From contig JAMOVQ010000026.1 of NCBI GenBank assembly GCA_027067575.1, forward strand, positions 1 through 59,146: 59,146 nt of DNA. Direction: 5' to 3'. Source of the DNA: Thermoanaerobaculia bacterium. GTDB taxonomy: Bacteria; Acidobacteriota; Thermoanaerobaculia; Thermoanaerobaculales; Sulfomarinibacteraceae. The position numbers and the translations under genes were made by a program. Of the stretch, positions 1 through 9,858 are shown in pieces (the stretch's first letter is position 1; each line of letters starts with the position of its first letter). Under the pieces are notes generated by a model. It ran no database searches. It was given only the letters and a program-made list of their open reading frames with translations, and was not told where the DNA came from.

Positions 1-245
1 GCTCCGTTGTGGGGACAGTCCCGATCGTGAAGGGCGTGGTTCTCTGAAGCGCCAACCGGAACATCGCTCCGCTCGTCCCTGGGCGGGCAGGTGGGTGGGG
101 TGCCAGGTGGAGCGCCATCCTCTCGGCGGGGGTTTCGGCCAGGTTGCGGGGGCAGTCCCGATCGTGATGGGCTTGGTTCTCTGGAACGCCAACCGGGTCG
201 TCGCTTCGTTCGTCCCTGGGTGGGTGAGGGGTGGGGCACCGGCTG
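1..245 (+). repeat. Two tandem copies (~137-nt period) of dispersed repeat module A (core GGGACAGTCCCGATCGTGA)
   Basis: CAGTCCCGATCGTGA at 16-30 and 153-167, each followed by similar GGTTCTC..CGCCAACCGG..TCGTCCCTGGG. Bases 1-59 match 57578-57636 with 4 mismatches. Confidence 0.85.
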
Positions 246-361
246 GGAGTACTTCGTTGGTCTCGACTCCGTCACGGACTTCGGTGTCAGAATGCCGGTG
301 TTCCTCTGCCTGGGGGGATCGGTCGACGGGTTGCGGCGCGACCCCCTCGGCCCCGCGGGCG

Positions 362-390
362 TTGACCCTTGCGGGCTCGGGTGTTAGCGT
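362..390 (+). promoter_or_regulatory. Sigma-70-type promoter for the pseudokinase-TonB gene
   Basis: TTGACC (362-367), 17 nt, TAGCGT (385-390) with upstream TG. RBS GGAGGAGG before ATG 411. Confidence 0.6.
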
Positions 391-410
391 TGGATGGGAG
401 GAGGAGCGTC

Positions 411-2336
411 ATGGCGGACTATTCGATGATTGGCCCGTTCGTGCTGTTCAAGGAGGTGGAGTCCGACGAGCTCGGCCGGCTCTACCGGGCCCGCGAGGTG
501 GACAGGGATGGGTGGCGGCGGACCGTCTGGCTCCGGGTCTTCCAGGCCGCTGGGGTGCAGGTCGAGGCGCTCCGGGAGCGGATGGCGCTCGTCAACGAGC
601 TCTCCAGCCAGCTCAAGGCCGCCAACGTGGTCTCCGGTCAGGAGCTGACCATCGTCGACGGGACGCCGGTGCTCGCCTGGGACCACGTTCCCGGCAACCT
701 CCTCTCCAGGCTGCTCGCCACGACGCGCGAGGAAGGGTTTCCTGTCCCGACGGACAACGCCCTGCTGATCATCGAGAAGATCGCCCTGGCGCTGGCCTCG
801 GGTCTGGCGTTCGAGCTCGAGGGCCAGAGCCTGATCCACGGTTTCCTCCATCCCGCCATGATCATGGTGACGAACGAGGGTGAGGCTCAGGTCTCCGGGT
901 TCGGGTTTGCCGAGCAGCTGCTCGGGATCCTCGATGATCCGGTGGCCCGCGAGCGGTGCGCCCCGTACCTGGCGCCGGAGGTCCTCCAGGCGCGCTCCAC
1001 GACCAAGCGGGGCGACGTCTACTCCCTGGGCGCCATCCTGTTCGAGCTCCTGACGGGCCAGCCGCTCCCGGCGGATCCGGCAGCCCGTGCCGAGGCCGTG
1101 GCGAATGCGCGGATGGCGCTGGAGGACGAGCCCATCCCCGACGACATCGCCGCGCTTCTCAAGCGTTCGCTGGCGGACCGCCCGGAGGAGCGGTTCAGTT
1201 CGGCCGCCGACTTCAAGAAGGAGCTGGACAAGCTGCTGTTCGGCGGCGCCTACAGCCCGACGACGTTCAACCTCGCCCTGTTCATCGACCGGCTCTTCCG
1301 GGCGGACATCGAGCAGGAGGAGAAGGAACGGATGGCGGAACAGGACCTCGATCCGGCACCGTACCTGGCGCCCGGGCCCGAGGACGAAGAGGAGGAGACG
1401 GAGCTGGCCGTGGCGAAGGCGCGGAGCCGCGCGGGGATGTGGATCGCGCTGGCGGCGGCGCTCGTGCTCGTCGCCGTCGCCCTCGTCGTCCTCGCGCCGA
1501 AGTTCCGGCAGCCTGCGGCGCCGCCGACCCCGACGCCCGAGGAGCTCGCCCGCAAGAAGGAGGCGGAGCAGAAGCGGTTCGAGGCGCTGGTCCAGGAGGA
1601 GCTGCAGCGGCTGATCGCCGAGCGCGAGGCCCAGAGTCAGAAGGAGCTCGAGCAGCGTCAGAAGGAGATCGAGAGCCTCAAGAAGAAGCTCAAGACGGTT
1701 CAGAAGCCCCAGGGGAAGCAGACGATGACGGCAGAACAGAAGCGCCAGGAGGAGGCGATCCGGGAGCAGCTCGCCCAGGCCGAGGCCGCCAAGAAGGCCC
1801 AGGAGGCGAAGCTGGAGGAGGCGCGTCAGAAGGCGCTCGAGGAGGCGCGCCGCAAGGCCGAGGCCAAGGCCGCGCAAGCGGCGACCCCCACCCCGGTGCC
1901 GAAGGCTGCGCCGACCGGCGCCCCGGCCGCCGCCCCCACCGAGGCGCCGAAGGTGGCCGCCGCGGCGTCGCCGGCCCCGGAGGCCGCCGCGCCCGCTTCG
2001 GCCGCCACCGCAACGGAGCAGATCACCGAGGGGATGTACGTGCCACCGACGGAGCTGGACACGAGTCCCGCCGTGCTCCGGACCGAGGCGCCCCACTGGT
2101 CGCGGATGGCACTCAACTCCCGGCGGCGCGGGGTGGTCATCCTCTCCGCCCGTGTCGATGCCGAGGGCCGCGTGACGGCGGTGAAGATTCTTCGGGCCGA
2201 CGACAAGGGGTTCGGGATCCCCAAGGCCGCAGCCGAGGCCGTCAAGAAGTACCTGTTCAAGCCGGGCACGAAGAACGGTGTCAAGGTGACGACGGACACG
2301 ACGGTGGCGATCCCCTACTCGTTCCGGGGACGGTAG
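411..2336 (+). CDS. Membrane protein: N-terminal Ser/Thr pseudokinase domain, TM helix, TolA-like coiled coil, C-terminal TonB_C domain
   Basis: Kinase fold remnants (YLAPE, GDVYSLG, RPEERF) but degenerate catalytic motifs. TM WIALAAALVLVAVALVVL. EK/Q/A-rich stalk. C-terminal RGVVILSARVDAEGRVTAVKIL...FKPGTKNGVKV is typical of TonB_C. Confidence 0.85.
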   Translation: MADYSMIGPFVLFKEVESDELGRLYRAREVDRDGWRRTVWLRVFQAAGVQVEALRERMALVNELSSQLKAANVVSGQELTIVDGTPVLAWDHVPGNLLSRLLATTREEGFPVPTDNALLIIEKIALALASGLAFELEGQSLIHGFLHPAMIMVTNEGEAQVSGFGFAEQLLGILDDPVARERCAPYLAPEVLQARSTTKRGDVYSLGAILFELLTGQPLPADPAARAEAVANARMALEDEPIPDDIAALLKRSLADRPEERFSSAADFKKELDKLLFGGAYSPTTFNLALFIDRLFRADIEQEEKERMAEQDLDPAPYLAPGPEDEEEETELAVAKARSRAGMWIALAAALVLVAVALVVLAPKFRQPAAPPTPTPEELARKKEAEQKRFEALVQEELQRLIAEREAQSQKELEQRQKEIESLKKKLKTVQKPQGKQTMTAEQKRQEEAIREQLAQAEAAKKAQEAKLEEARQKALEEARRKAEAKAAQAATPTPVPKAAPTGAPAAAPTEAPKVAAAASPAPEAAAPASAATATEQITEGMYVPPTELDTSPAVLRTEAPHWSRMALNSRRRGVVILSARVDAEGRVTAVKILRADDKGFGIPKAAAEAVKKYLFKPGTKNGVKVTTDTTVAIPYSFRGR

Positions 2337-2376
2337 GCGGCCGGGGGCCGGGCGAAACTGGCACGGCGTGACGTAC

Positions 2377-2408
2377 CGAGGCCCTGCGGCGGATGCCGCA
2401 GGGCCTCG
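2377..2408. terminator. Perfect 14-bp hairpin between convergent genes (probable terminator)
   Basis: CGAGGCCCTGCGGC-ggat-GCCGCAGGGCCTCG. Confidence 0.65.
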
Positions 2409-2476
2409 AATCATCGCTCACCGCGGCGTCCAGGCGGGAACCTGGACCCGCGCGAGAAGAACCGGCTTCCGCCGTT

Positions 2477-2770
2477 CTACTTCTCGACGCGCTCGCGGAG
2501 GGTCTTGCCGGGCTTGAAGTGCACGTAGTGCTTCTTCGGGATGGTGATCGTCTCACCGGTGGCCGGGTTGCGGCCCTGGCGCTCCCCGCGCTGGCGGGTG
2601 GAGAACGTCCCGAACCCCGGGATGGTCACCTTCTGGCCGGCGTCGAGCGCCGTGGCGATCAGTCCCTTGCCAGGCTGCGCGGCGAAGATGATGTCGAGGA
2701 TCTCGGCAGCCTTCGCCTGGCTGATACCGGCCTTCTTCGCGAGCTTCATTGCCATGTCGGTCTTGTTCAT
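2477..2770 (-). CDS. hup: HU family DNA-binding protein
   Basis: MNKTD..., GFGTF, RQGRNPATGETITIP, FKPGKTLRERV. RBS GGAGG upstream. Confidence 0.93.
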   Translation of the reverse strand: MNKTDMAMKLAKKAGISQAKAAEILDIIFAAQPGKGLIATALDAGQKVTIPGFGTFSTRQRGERQGRNPATGETITIPKKHYVHFKPGKTLRERVEK

Positions 2771-2801
2771 GCCAACCTCCGTATTGGTTTCATCACGAGG
2801 C

Positions 2802-2831
2802 ATTATCGGGGCGAGTTTCGCCTCCTGTCAA
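2802..2831 (-). promoter_or_regulatory. Sigma-70-type promoter for HU
   Basis: Minus strand TTGACA (2831-2826), 18 nt, GATAAT (2807-2802). Confidence 0.6.
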
Positions 2832-2943
2832 GGGCCATCGGCCTTTTCGCGGTAATCTCGGCCGGATCGGAGACTGATCGGTCGTTGTCCGTCTGTCACC
2901 GCGCCCGCGGATCTTACGTGCAGTCAGTTGGTTGCGGAAGCCG

Positions 2944-5796
2944 TCATTGGGTCTCCCCGGATGCCGGGCCGGTCGTGGATCCGTCCCGCCGGAGGATCGT
3001 CTGGAGGTAGCGGCCCGTGTGGGACGCCTCGGCGGTGGCCACGGCCTCGGGCGGGCCCTCGGCCACCACGCGGCCGCCGGCCTCGCCGCCCTCCGGACCC
3101 AGGTCGATCACCCAGTCCGCCGTCTTGATCACGTCGAGGTTGTGCTCGATGACCACGACGGTGTTACCCCGGTCGACCAGGGCGTGCAGGACGTCGAGGA
3201 GCTTCCGGACGTCGTGGAAGTGGAGGCCCGTGGTCGGCTCGTCGAGCAGGTAGAGGGTCCGGCCCGTGGCGCGCCTGGCGAGCTCCCGGGAGAGTTTGAG
3301 CCGCTGGGCCTCGCCGCCGGAGAGGGTGGTCGCCGGCTGGCCGAGCTTCAGGTAGCCCAGGCCGACGGCGATCAGGGTGTCGAGGATCCGGGCGATCCGC
3401 GGGACCGGACCGAACAGCTCCCGCGCCTCCTCCACCGTCAGCTCGAGCACCTCGGCGATGTTGAGCCCCTTGTACCGGACCTCGAGCGTCTCGCGGTTGT
3501 ACCGGGACCCGTTACAGACGTCGCAGGTGACGAACACGTCGGGCAGGAAGTGCATCTCGATCCGGGTGCGTCCCGCTCCCTGGCACGCCTCGCACCGCCC
3601 CCCCCGGACGTTGAACGAGAACCGCCCGGCCCGGTACCCGCGGGCCCGGGCCTCCGTCGTCGCGGCGAACAGCTGGCGGATCGGGTCGAACACCTTGGTG
3701 TACGTCGCCGGGTTGGAGCGGGGGGTCCGGCCGATGGGGTTCTGGTCGATCATGATGATCTTGTCCAGATGCTCGATGCCGGAAAGGCCGTCGTGCGCCC
3801 CGGGCCTCGTCAGGGTCCCGTACAGCTCCCGTCCGACCGCCTTGTGGAGGATCTCGTTGACCAGCGTCGACTTCCCCGAGCCGGATACGCCGGTCACGCA
3901 GACGAAGAGCCCCAGCGGGAACCGGACGTCGATCCCCTTGAGGTTGTGTTCCCTGGCGCCGTGGACGGTCAGCGCCTCCGGCCCGGGCGCGCGGCGCCGC
4001 TCCGGGACGGGGATGCGGAGCTCCCCGGAGAGGTACCGGCCGGTCAGCGATTCGGGGAACGACGGGATCCGCCCGGGCGGGCCCTCGGCGACGACCCGTC
4101 CGCCGTGGCTCCCGGCTCCCGGTCCCAGGTCGATCACCCAGTCGGCCTCGCGGATCGTCTCCTCGTCGTGCTCCACGACGATGACGGTGTTGCCCAGGTC
4201 GCGCATCCCGGTCAGGGTGTCCAGCAGGCGCCGGTTGTCGCGCTGGTGGAGCCCGATGGAGGGCTCGTCCAGGACGTAGAGGACGCCCATCAGCCGGGAG
4301 CCGACCTGGGTCGCCAGGCGGATCCGCTGGGCCTCGCCGCCGGACAGCGTGCCCGCCATCCGGTCGAGCGTCAGGTACTCCAGCCCCACCGAGACCAGGA
4401 ACCCCAGCCTGTCCACGATCTCCCGGAGCACCTTGTCCACGATCCGGCGCTCCCTGTCGGTGAGGCGGAGCCCGCGAAACCATGCGAGCGCCTCGTGGAC
4501 CGGGACGGCGGCGACCTCGGCGAGGCTCCTCCCGCCGACGCGGACGGCCAGCGCCTCGGGGCGGAGGCGGGCGCCGTGGCACTCCGGACAGGGCGCCAGC
4601 GACATGAACCGTTCGAGCTCGCGGCGGACCTCGTCGGAGCCCGTCTCCCTGTACCGCCGCTCGAGCCGCGGCACGAGCCCCTCGAACCGGTCGCGGAAGA
4701 CGTACGCGCTCCGGCGCCCCTCCCAGCGGAACTCGACCTCCTCGTCCGAGCCGAACATGATCAGCCGCCGGACCGCCTCCCGGAGCTCCCGCCACGGCGT
4801 CGACAGCGAGAACCCCGCGTGGCGTGCCAGCTGCTCGAGCTGGCGGCGGCGCCAGGAGGTGGAGCCCTCGCGGATCACGGCGAGGCAGCCGGCCGCGAGG
4901 GAGCGGTCCGGGTCCACGACCAGCTTCTCCGGGTCGATCTCCCGCAGGAACCCCAGGCCGGAGCAGCGGGGGCAGGCGCCCTGGGGGGCGTTGAACGAGA
5001 ACAGGCGGGGGGAGATCTCCGAGAGCGAGTACCCGCACCGCGGACAGGCGTGGCGGGCGGAGAGCAGGAGCTCCTCCGAGCCGGGTACGGCGATCCGGAC
5101 GAGCCCCTTCCCGGCCTCCAGCGCGGTCTCCAGCGAGGCCGCCAGACGGCTCCGGACGCCCTCGCGGACCGAGAGCCGGTCCACGACGATCTCGATGGTG
5201 TGGACCCGGTTCCGGTCGAGCTCGGGCGGCTCGGTGACCTCAACGACCTCCCCGTCCACCCGGGCCCTGACGAACCCGTCCCGGGCCATCCGCTCGAACA
5301 GCTTGCGGTGTTCCCCCTTGCGCCCCTCCACCACCGGGGCGAGGACGAGGAACCGCTCACCCTCCGGGAGCGCCAGCACGCGGTCCACCATCTGCTCCAC
5401 CGTTTGCGGCTCGATGGGGAGGTCGCACTCCGGGCAGTGGGGAATCCCGATGGAGGCCCAGAGGAGCCGCAGGTAGTCGTGGATCTCCGTCACCGTGCCT
5501 ACGGTGGAGCGGGGGTTTCTCGACGTGGTGCCCTGCTCGATGGAGATCGCCGGCGAGAGCCCCTCGATGGCGTCCACGTCGGGCTTCTCCATCTGCTGGA
5601 GGAACTGCCGGGCGTACGCGGAGAGCGACTCCACGTACCGGCGCTGGCCCTCGGCGAACAGCGTGTCGAACGCCAGCGACGACTTCCCCGAGCCGGAGAC
5701 TCCCGTGATCACCACGAGCCGGTCCCGCGGGATCTCCACGTCGATCCCCGCCAGGTTGTGCTCCCGCGCACCGCGGATGACGATCCTGTCCTTCAT
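2944..5796 (-). CDS. uvrA: Excinuclease ABC subunit A
   Basis: GAREHNL, two Walker A motifs GVSGSGKS, zinc fingers, LSGGEAQR twice, LDEPSIGLH and LDEPTTGLH. Confidence 0.98.
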   Translation of the reverse strand: MKDRIVIRGAREHNLAGIDVEIPRDRLVVITGVSGSGKSSLAFDTLFAEGQRRYVESLSAYARQFLQQMEKPDVDAIEGLSPAISIEQGTTSRNPRSTVGTVTEIHDYLRLLWASIGIPHCPECDLPIEPQTVEQMVDRVLALPEGERFLVLAPVVEGRKGEHRKLFERMARDGFVRARVDGEVVEVTEPPELDRNRVHTIEIVVDRLSVREGVRSRLAASLETALEAGKGLVRIAVPGSEELLLSARHACPRCGYSLSEISPRLFSFNAPQGACPRCSGLGFLREIDPEKLVVDPDRSLAAGCLAVIREGSTSWRRRQLEQLARHAGFSLSTPWRELREAVRRLIMFGSDEEVEFRWEGRRSAYVFRDRFEGLVPRLERRYRETGSDEVRRELERFMSLAPCPECHGARLRPEALAVRVGGRSLAEVAAVPVHEALAWFRGLRLTDRERRIVDKVLREIVDRLGFLVSVGLEYLTLDRMAGTLSGGEAQRIRLATQVGSRLMGVLYVLDEPSIGLHQRDNRRLLDTLTGMRDLGNTVIVVEHDEETIREADWVIDLGPGAGSHGGRVVAEGPPGRIPSFPESLTGRYLSGELRIPVPERRRAPGPEALTVHGAREHNLKGIDVRFPLGLFVCVTGVSGSGKSTLVNEILHKAVGRELYGTLTRPGAHDGLSGIEHLDKIIMIDQNPIGRTPRSNPATYTKVFDPIRQLFAATTEARARGYRAGRFSFNVRGGRCEACQGAGRTRIEMHFLPDVFVTCDVCNGSRYNRETLEVRYKGLNIAEVLELTVEEARELFGPVPRIARILDTLIAVGLGYLKLGQPATTLSGGEAQRLKLSRELARRATGRTLYLLDEPTTGLHFHDVRKLLDVLHALVDRGNTVVVIEHNLDVIKTADWVIDLGPEGGEAGGRVVAEGPPEAVATAEASHTGRYLQTILRRDGSTTGPASGETQ

Positions 5797-5856
5797 TCCG
5801 CCTCCGCCGTAGCCCAACACGGCTCCCGGCCGGTTCCTTCCGGGACGGCCCCGCGG

Positions 5857-6345
5857 CTACAGCTCGCCCTTCATGGCGCGCTCGGCCTCGCGGTCCAGCG
5901 CCCGCCGCCGGAGGGTCTCCCGCTTGTCGTGGAGCTGCTTGCCCCGGACGAGGGCGATCTCGACCTTGATCCAGTTCCCGTCGAGGAGCAGGGCCAGGGG
6001 AACGACCGTGTACCCCTTCTCCCGGCTCTTGGAGGCCAGCCGCTCGATCTGCCGCTTGTGGAGCAGCAGCTTCCGTGGCCTGACGGGATCGTGCTGCGCG
6101 TAGCCCGCCTGCTCGTACGGGCTGATGTGGCATCCGACGAGGAACGCCTCGCCGCCCTCGAAACGGACGTACGCCTCCTTGAGGTTGACCCGGCCCTCGC
6201 GGGCGGACTTGACCTCGGACCCGGTCAGCTGGAGCCCGGCGACCTCGGTCTCGAGGATCTCGTACTCGTGCCGGGCCCGCCGGTTCCGTGCGAGCACCTT
6301 CGGCTCCGCCCCGCGGGGCCGTTCCCGCCGCCTGCCCCTGGCCAT
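5857..6345 (-). CDS. smpB: SsrA-binding protein SmpB
   Basis: NRRARHEY, AGLQLTGSEVKS, RPRKLLLHKRQI, GKQLHDKR. Confidence 0.96.
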   Translation of the reverse strand: MARGRRRERPRGAEPKVLARNRRARHEYEILETEVAGLQLTGSEVKSAREGRVNLKEAYVRFEGGEAFLVGCHISPYEQAGYAQHDPVRPRKLLLHKRQIERLASKSREKGYTVVPLALLLDGNWIKVEIALVRGKQLHDKRETLRRRALDREAERAMKGEL

Positions 6346-6347
6346 CG

Positions 6348-7847
6348 CTACACCACGTTCCCGAGCGCCCGGACGACCTCCGGGTCGAACTGGTGGCCCG
6401 CCGCGGAACGGAGGACGCCGAGCGCCTCGGTGCGGCCCACGGGACGCCGGTAGCTGCCGTCGGAGGTCAGCACGTCGTAGACCTCGGCCACATGGACGAT
6501 CCGCGCCAGCTTCGGGATGGCATCGCCGCGGAGCCGGTCGGGGTATCCCCCGCCGTCCCACCGCTCGTGGTGGTGCCGTACCGCCTCGGCGACCACGGGG
6601 AGCCCGGCCTCCGAGAGGATTCGCTCGCCGATCACCGGGTGCCGTGCGTACAGACGGCGCTCCGTGGGGCCGGGCTGAGGGTGACGGTACAGCCGCTCGT
6701 AGTCGAGTTCGCGCATCCCGACGTCGTGGAGCCATCCGGCAAGCGCCGCGGTCTCGATGGTGCGATCGTCCTCTCCCAGGTCAGCCGCCAGCCGCCAGGC
6801 CAGGCGCGACACGGCCTCCGAGTGGTGCCTGAGCTCCGGAAACCGCTGTTCCCCGGGCTCCAAGAGCGCTTTGGCCAGCCGCCGGGACTGCCGGATCGCG
6901 GTACGCGCCTCCCGGAGCATCTCGACCTCGCGCGCCAGAATCTCGAGCACCGTTTCCGGCACGGGGGAACCCAGCCCGCCGAGCACCGTGCCGGCGAGTC
7001 CCCACCCGTCCTCGGTCAGGAGCGGACGGCTGGCAGCCATCTCCCGGGGAGTGTCCCCTGCGCCCTCGACCACCGCGGCGTCCACGGTCCACGTACGCTC
7101 CGATGCGGGATCGGGAGCGCCGGCGAGCAACGACGCCTGGTGCCGCCGCAGCGTGTTCAATGCGTCAGCCCCCGGCCGCGCCACCGAGCGGACCACGGTG
7201 TGGGCCTGGCCGTCGGCCGCAAGCGTCACCGCCACGGCGCCGACGCCGGGAAGGGCTGCGAGCCGTTCCACGGTCCCGAGCAGGAACGGGAGGGCGCCCC
7301 GGTCGAGAAGGCGCGCATCCCGGATGCGGGATGTGCCAGGACGTTCCTGGTGGACGGTCTCCTGCGTTCCGCTTTCCTCGAGGTCGGGGTACAGCCCGGA
7401 GCTGCGGACCAGCGCCACGAGCGCCGAGGCGATGGCGGTGGCGGCCTCCTCGTCGGCCGGCGTGAACACCTTGCGGCGCCCCTTGTCGCGGACGTCGGCG
7501 AACCCGACGAGACGTGAACCGGTGTACAGCGGCACGAGCAGGATCCGCGCCGTTCCCGCGCCCTCCAGGTACTCGGCGATCTCCCGGGCCTCGCCCGGGC
7601 TGTTGAACGCCTTCGGACGGGTCCGGAGGTGGCGGGCGAGCTGCACCATGGCAGCCCGCGGCGGGAACTCGGCGGCAAGAAGGTCGCGGCGGCCAAAACC
7701 GTACTGGGTGACGAGGAGGTACCGCCCGTCCTCGGCGAGGAGGTACAAGGCGGCTTTCGTCGAGTGGACCTCCTCCAGGAAACGGTAGAGGAGCTCCTTG
7801 AACCGTCGTTCCATCTCGGGGTTCCAGCCCGGCAGCACCGCGGTCAC
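6348..7847 (-). CDS. GAF-like domain(s) + HD-GYP phosphodiesterase (c-di-GMP)
   Basis: LHDVG, HHERWDGGGYP, AEVYDVLT, GHQFDP. GAF-like LLVPLYTGSRLVG. GTG start preceded by GAGGAGG (alternative ATG at 7814). Confidence 0.85.
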   Translation of the reverse strand: MTAVLPGWNPEMERRFKELLYRFLEEVHSTKAALYLLAEDGRYLLVTQYGFGRRDLLAAEFPPRAAMVQLARHLRTRPKAFNSPGEAREIAEYLEGAGTARILLVPLYTGSRLVGFADVRDKGRRKVFTPADEEAATAIASALVALVRSSGLYPDLEESGTQETVHQERPGTSRIRDARLLDRGALPFLLGTVERLAALPGVGAVAVTLAADGQAHTVVRSVARPGADALNTLRRHQASLLAGAPDPASERTWTVDAAVVEGAGDTPREMAASRPLLTEDGWGLAGTVLGGLGSPVPETVLEILAREVEMLREARTAIRQSRRLAKALLEPGEQRFPELRHHSEAVSRLAWRLAADLGEDDRTIETAALAGWLHDVGMRELDYERLYRHPQPGPTERRLYARHPVIGERILSEAGLPVVAEAVRHHHERWDGGGYPDRLRGDAIPKLARIVHVAEVYDVLTSDGSYRRPVGRTEALGVLRSAAGHQFDPEVVRALGNVV

Positions 7848-8022
7848 GCCAACCCTCCTCCCCGGACCGGCCAGCGGTCCGGACGGCCCAGTGTAGCACC
7901 GGACCTCGACTGTGGCATCCGCGCCACACCCCGTCTGTTCCATGCCACACCTCCTGGCGAGCAGGTACAGCCCGACCCCGGAAGACGCAATGATGACGGC
8001 GGTTGTTCCTTGCGATTCTGGG

Positions 8023-8038
8023 TGGCACGGATCGTGCT
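8023..8038 (+). promoter_or_regulatory. Sigma-54 (-24/-12) promoter upstream of lpxC
   Basis: TGGCACGGATCGTGCT: GG-N10-GC, close to consensus TGGCACG-N4-TTGCW, ~30 nt before lpxC ATG. Confidence 0.65.
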
Positions 8039-8067
8039 TGCCGACAGGAGCGGAAGGGAAGGTTGGA

Positions 8068-8985
8068 ATGATCCGATCGCAACGGACACTCGGCAGGACG
8101 GTGGCCACAGCCGGTGTGGGGCTCCATTCGGGAGAGCTCGCCCGTCTCTGGCTTCACCCGGCGCCTGCCGGTCACGGGATCCGGATCCATCGCCGGGGCT
8201 CGAAGGAGATCATCCCCGCACGGGTGGACTCGGCCCAGGAGCTCTCCTACGCGACCCGCCTCGGTCTCGGCGAGGCCTCCGTGTCGACGGTGGAGCACCT
8301 TCTCTCGGCGCTCGCCGGTCTCGGTGTGGACAACGTCCGGATCGAGCTCGACGGTCCCGAGATCCCGATCAAGGACGGCTCGGCGCTCCCGTTCGTCCGG
8401 TTGATCGAGCGTGCGGGCGTCGTCGAGCAGGCGGCGCCGGTCAGCGCCATCCGGATCCTCGAACCGATCGAAGTCCGGGAGGACGGCAAGTGGATCCGGG
8501 TGGAGCCGGGCAGCGAGTTCGTCGTCGACTACCGGATCGCCTTCGACAACCCGGCCATCGGGTACCAGCGGTTCGTCGGAGCCGTGGACCCGGAGACGTA
8601 CCGGGACGCCGTGGCGCCCGCCAGGACGTTCGGGTTCCTCAAGGAGGTCGACTACCTCCGCAGCCGGGGCCTCGCCCGCGGCGGCACGCTGAGCAACTGC
8701 ATCGTGGTGGACGGGCCGAAGGTCCTCTCCGGGGAGCTCCGGTTCAACGACGAGTTCGTCCGCCACAAGGTTCTCGACCTGATCGGCGATCTTGCGCTCC
8801 TCGAGTACCCGTTGATCGGCAGGGTCACGGCGTACAAGGCCGGGCACGCCCTCCACGCCGCGCTCTCCCGGGCGATCCTCGACCAGCCCGAGAAGTGGGT
8901 CATCGTCGGTCCCGAGGGTGCGGCCACCGTGGTGCCGTTCCCGCTCGAGACCGAGGTGGCGGCGACCGGAGCCATGTCCATGTGA
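8068..8985 (+). CDS. lpxC: UDP-3-O-acyl-N-acetylglucosamine deacetylase
   Basis: QRTL..GVGLHSG, STVEHLLSAL, DGSA, APARTFGF, EFVRHKVLDLIGDL, KAGH. Confidence 0.97.
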   Translation: MIRSQRTLGRTVATAGVGLHSGELARLWLHPAPAGHGIRIHRRGSKEIIPARVDSAQELSYATRLGLGEASVSTVEHLLSALAGLGVDNVRIELDGPEIPIKDGSALPFVRLIERAGVVEQAAPVSAIRILEPIEVREDGKWIRVEPGSEFVVDYRIAFDNPAIGYQRFVGAVDPETYRDAVAPARTFGFLKEVDYLRSRGLARGGTLSNCIVVDGPKVLSGELRFNDEFVRHKVLDLIGDLALLEYPLIGRVTAYKAGHALHAALSRAILDQPEKWVIVGPEGAATVVPFPLETEVAATGAMSM

Positions 8986-9024
8986 CCGCAACAGGAACCA
9001 CGCATCCGCTCGCGCGGATCTCCG

Positions 9025-9232
9025 GGGGCACGTCACGTGCCCCTTTCTTGCGCCACGGCCGGCCGCTCGGGAAGGGACACTCCCGAAATGGGGACACTCC
9101 CTTTCTTTTCCCCTGCCGCGTCCGTTCCGCTCCTCGCGGCGGCGGGGACCGTGTTCCCAGCCCCGCCCCCAGGACGCCGTCTCCGGAGGGCCCGTGGCGG
9201 TGCCGCCATCGGAAATAAACAGTGTCCCGTTC
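9025..9232. repeat. Intergenic cluster of GGGACACTCCC-type palindromic repeat motifs
   Basis: Palindrome GGGGCACGTcACGTGCCCC at 9025-9043. GGGACACTCCC twice (9074-9101). GGGGACACTCCCTTTCT (9090-9106) is identical to the reverse complement of the repeats at ~31.9/32.0 kb. ATAAACAGTGTCCC (~9215) is the reverse complement of GGGACACTGTTTAT at ~57796. Confidence 0.7.
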
Positions 9233-9339
9233 TCTTGGGCCTGTTCTGAGAAAATCAGTGTCTCTTCCTGTTGGGGTGCGGGTGGGATGGCCGTTTGCGG
9301 CCGGGGGCGCGATCGGCACTGTGGTAAAGTTGCAACACC

Positions 9340-9858
9340 ATGCGGGTGGCGGCGCTCCTCCTCGCGCTCGTAGCCGCCGGGACGGCCGAGCCGGTCCTCC
9401 ATGTGGCGGCGCGCTGGGAGCCTTCAGGGCTCCGGGTGGAGCTGCACCTGTCCGGCCCGCTTCCTGAGGCGATGGAGAAGGCGCTCCCCTCGGGAGCAGT
9501 GGTCCGGGTGCTGTACCCGCTGAAGGTCCGGTCGCGTAGACGGCTGTGGTGGGACAAGAAGCTGTTCTCGTCGGAGGCCGAGTCGCTCGTCGCCTTCGAC
9601 CCACTGACGGGGCGGTACCGGTGCCAGTTCCGGCTCGGCGACGTGGTGATCTCCGTGCACGAGACCGCCTCCATCGAGGCGGCCCGCGGCTGGCTGACCG
9701 ATCCGCCGCCGTTCCACATCGTCATCGCCCGGCGCCGCCCCCATGTCCGGATCGAGGCGCGCGCCATCTTCGCCAGCGGCACCACGTGGCTCGTCTTTCC
9801 GTCCTCCGCGGGAACGGAGTGGGTGGAGGCGCAGGTCCCGGCGGAGGACGATCGATGA
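9340..9858 (+). CDS. DUF4390-like exported protein
   Basis: Signal-peptide-like N-terminus, ALPSG, R.R..WWD, FDPLTGRY. Lies directly upstream of ntrY-like kinase (ATGA overlap), the usual DUF4390 context. Confidence 0.7.
   Translation: MRVAALLLALVAAGTAEPVLHVAARWEPSGLRVELHLSGPLPEAMEKALPSGAVVRVLYPLKVRSRRRLWWDKKLFSSEAESLVAFDPLTGRYRCQFRLGDVVISVHETASIEAARGWLTDPPPFHIVIARRRPHVRIEARAIFASGTTWLVFPSSAGTEWVEAQVPAEDDR

Noticed and set aside
2358-2375. TGGCACG motifs at ~2359 and ~36465 as sigma-54 promoters
   Set aside because: No GC at the -12 position with the required 10-nt spacing.
5857-6345. tmRNA (ssrA) expected near smpB
   Set aside because: No intergenic space or tRNA-like ends near smpB.
2932-6453. 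Very long antisense/alternate-frame ORFs (1173 aa here; also 18016-21216, 21802-25020, 48188-52042, 38998-41709 and others)
   Set aside because: They shadow well-supported genes. Stop-codon scarcity on the opposite strand at high GC explains them, and they carry no recognisable motifs.
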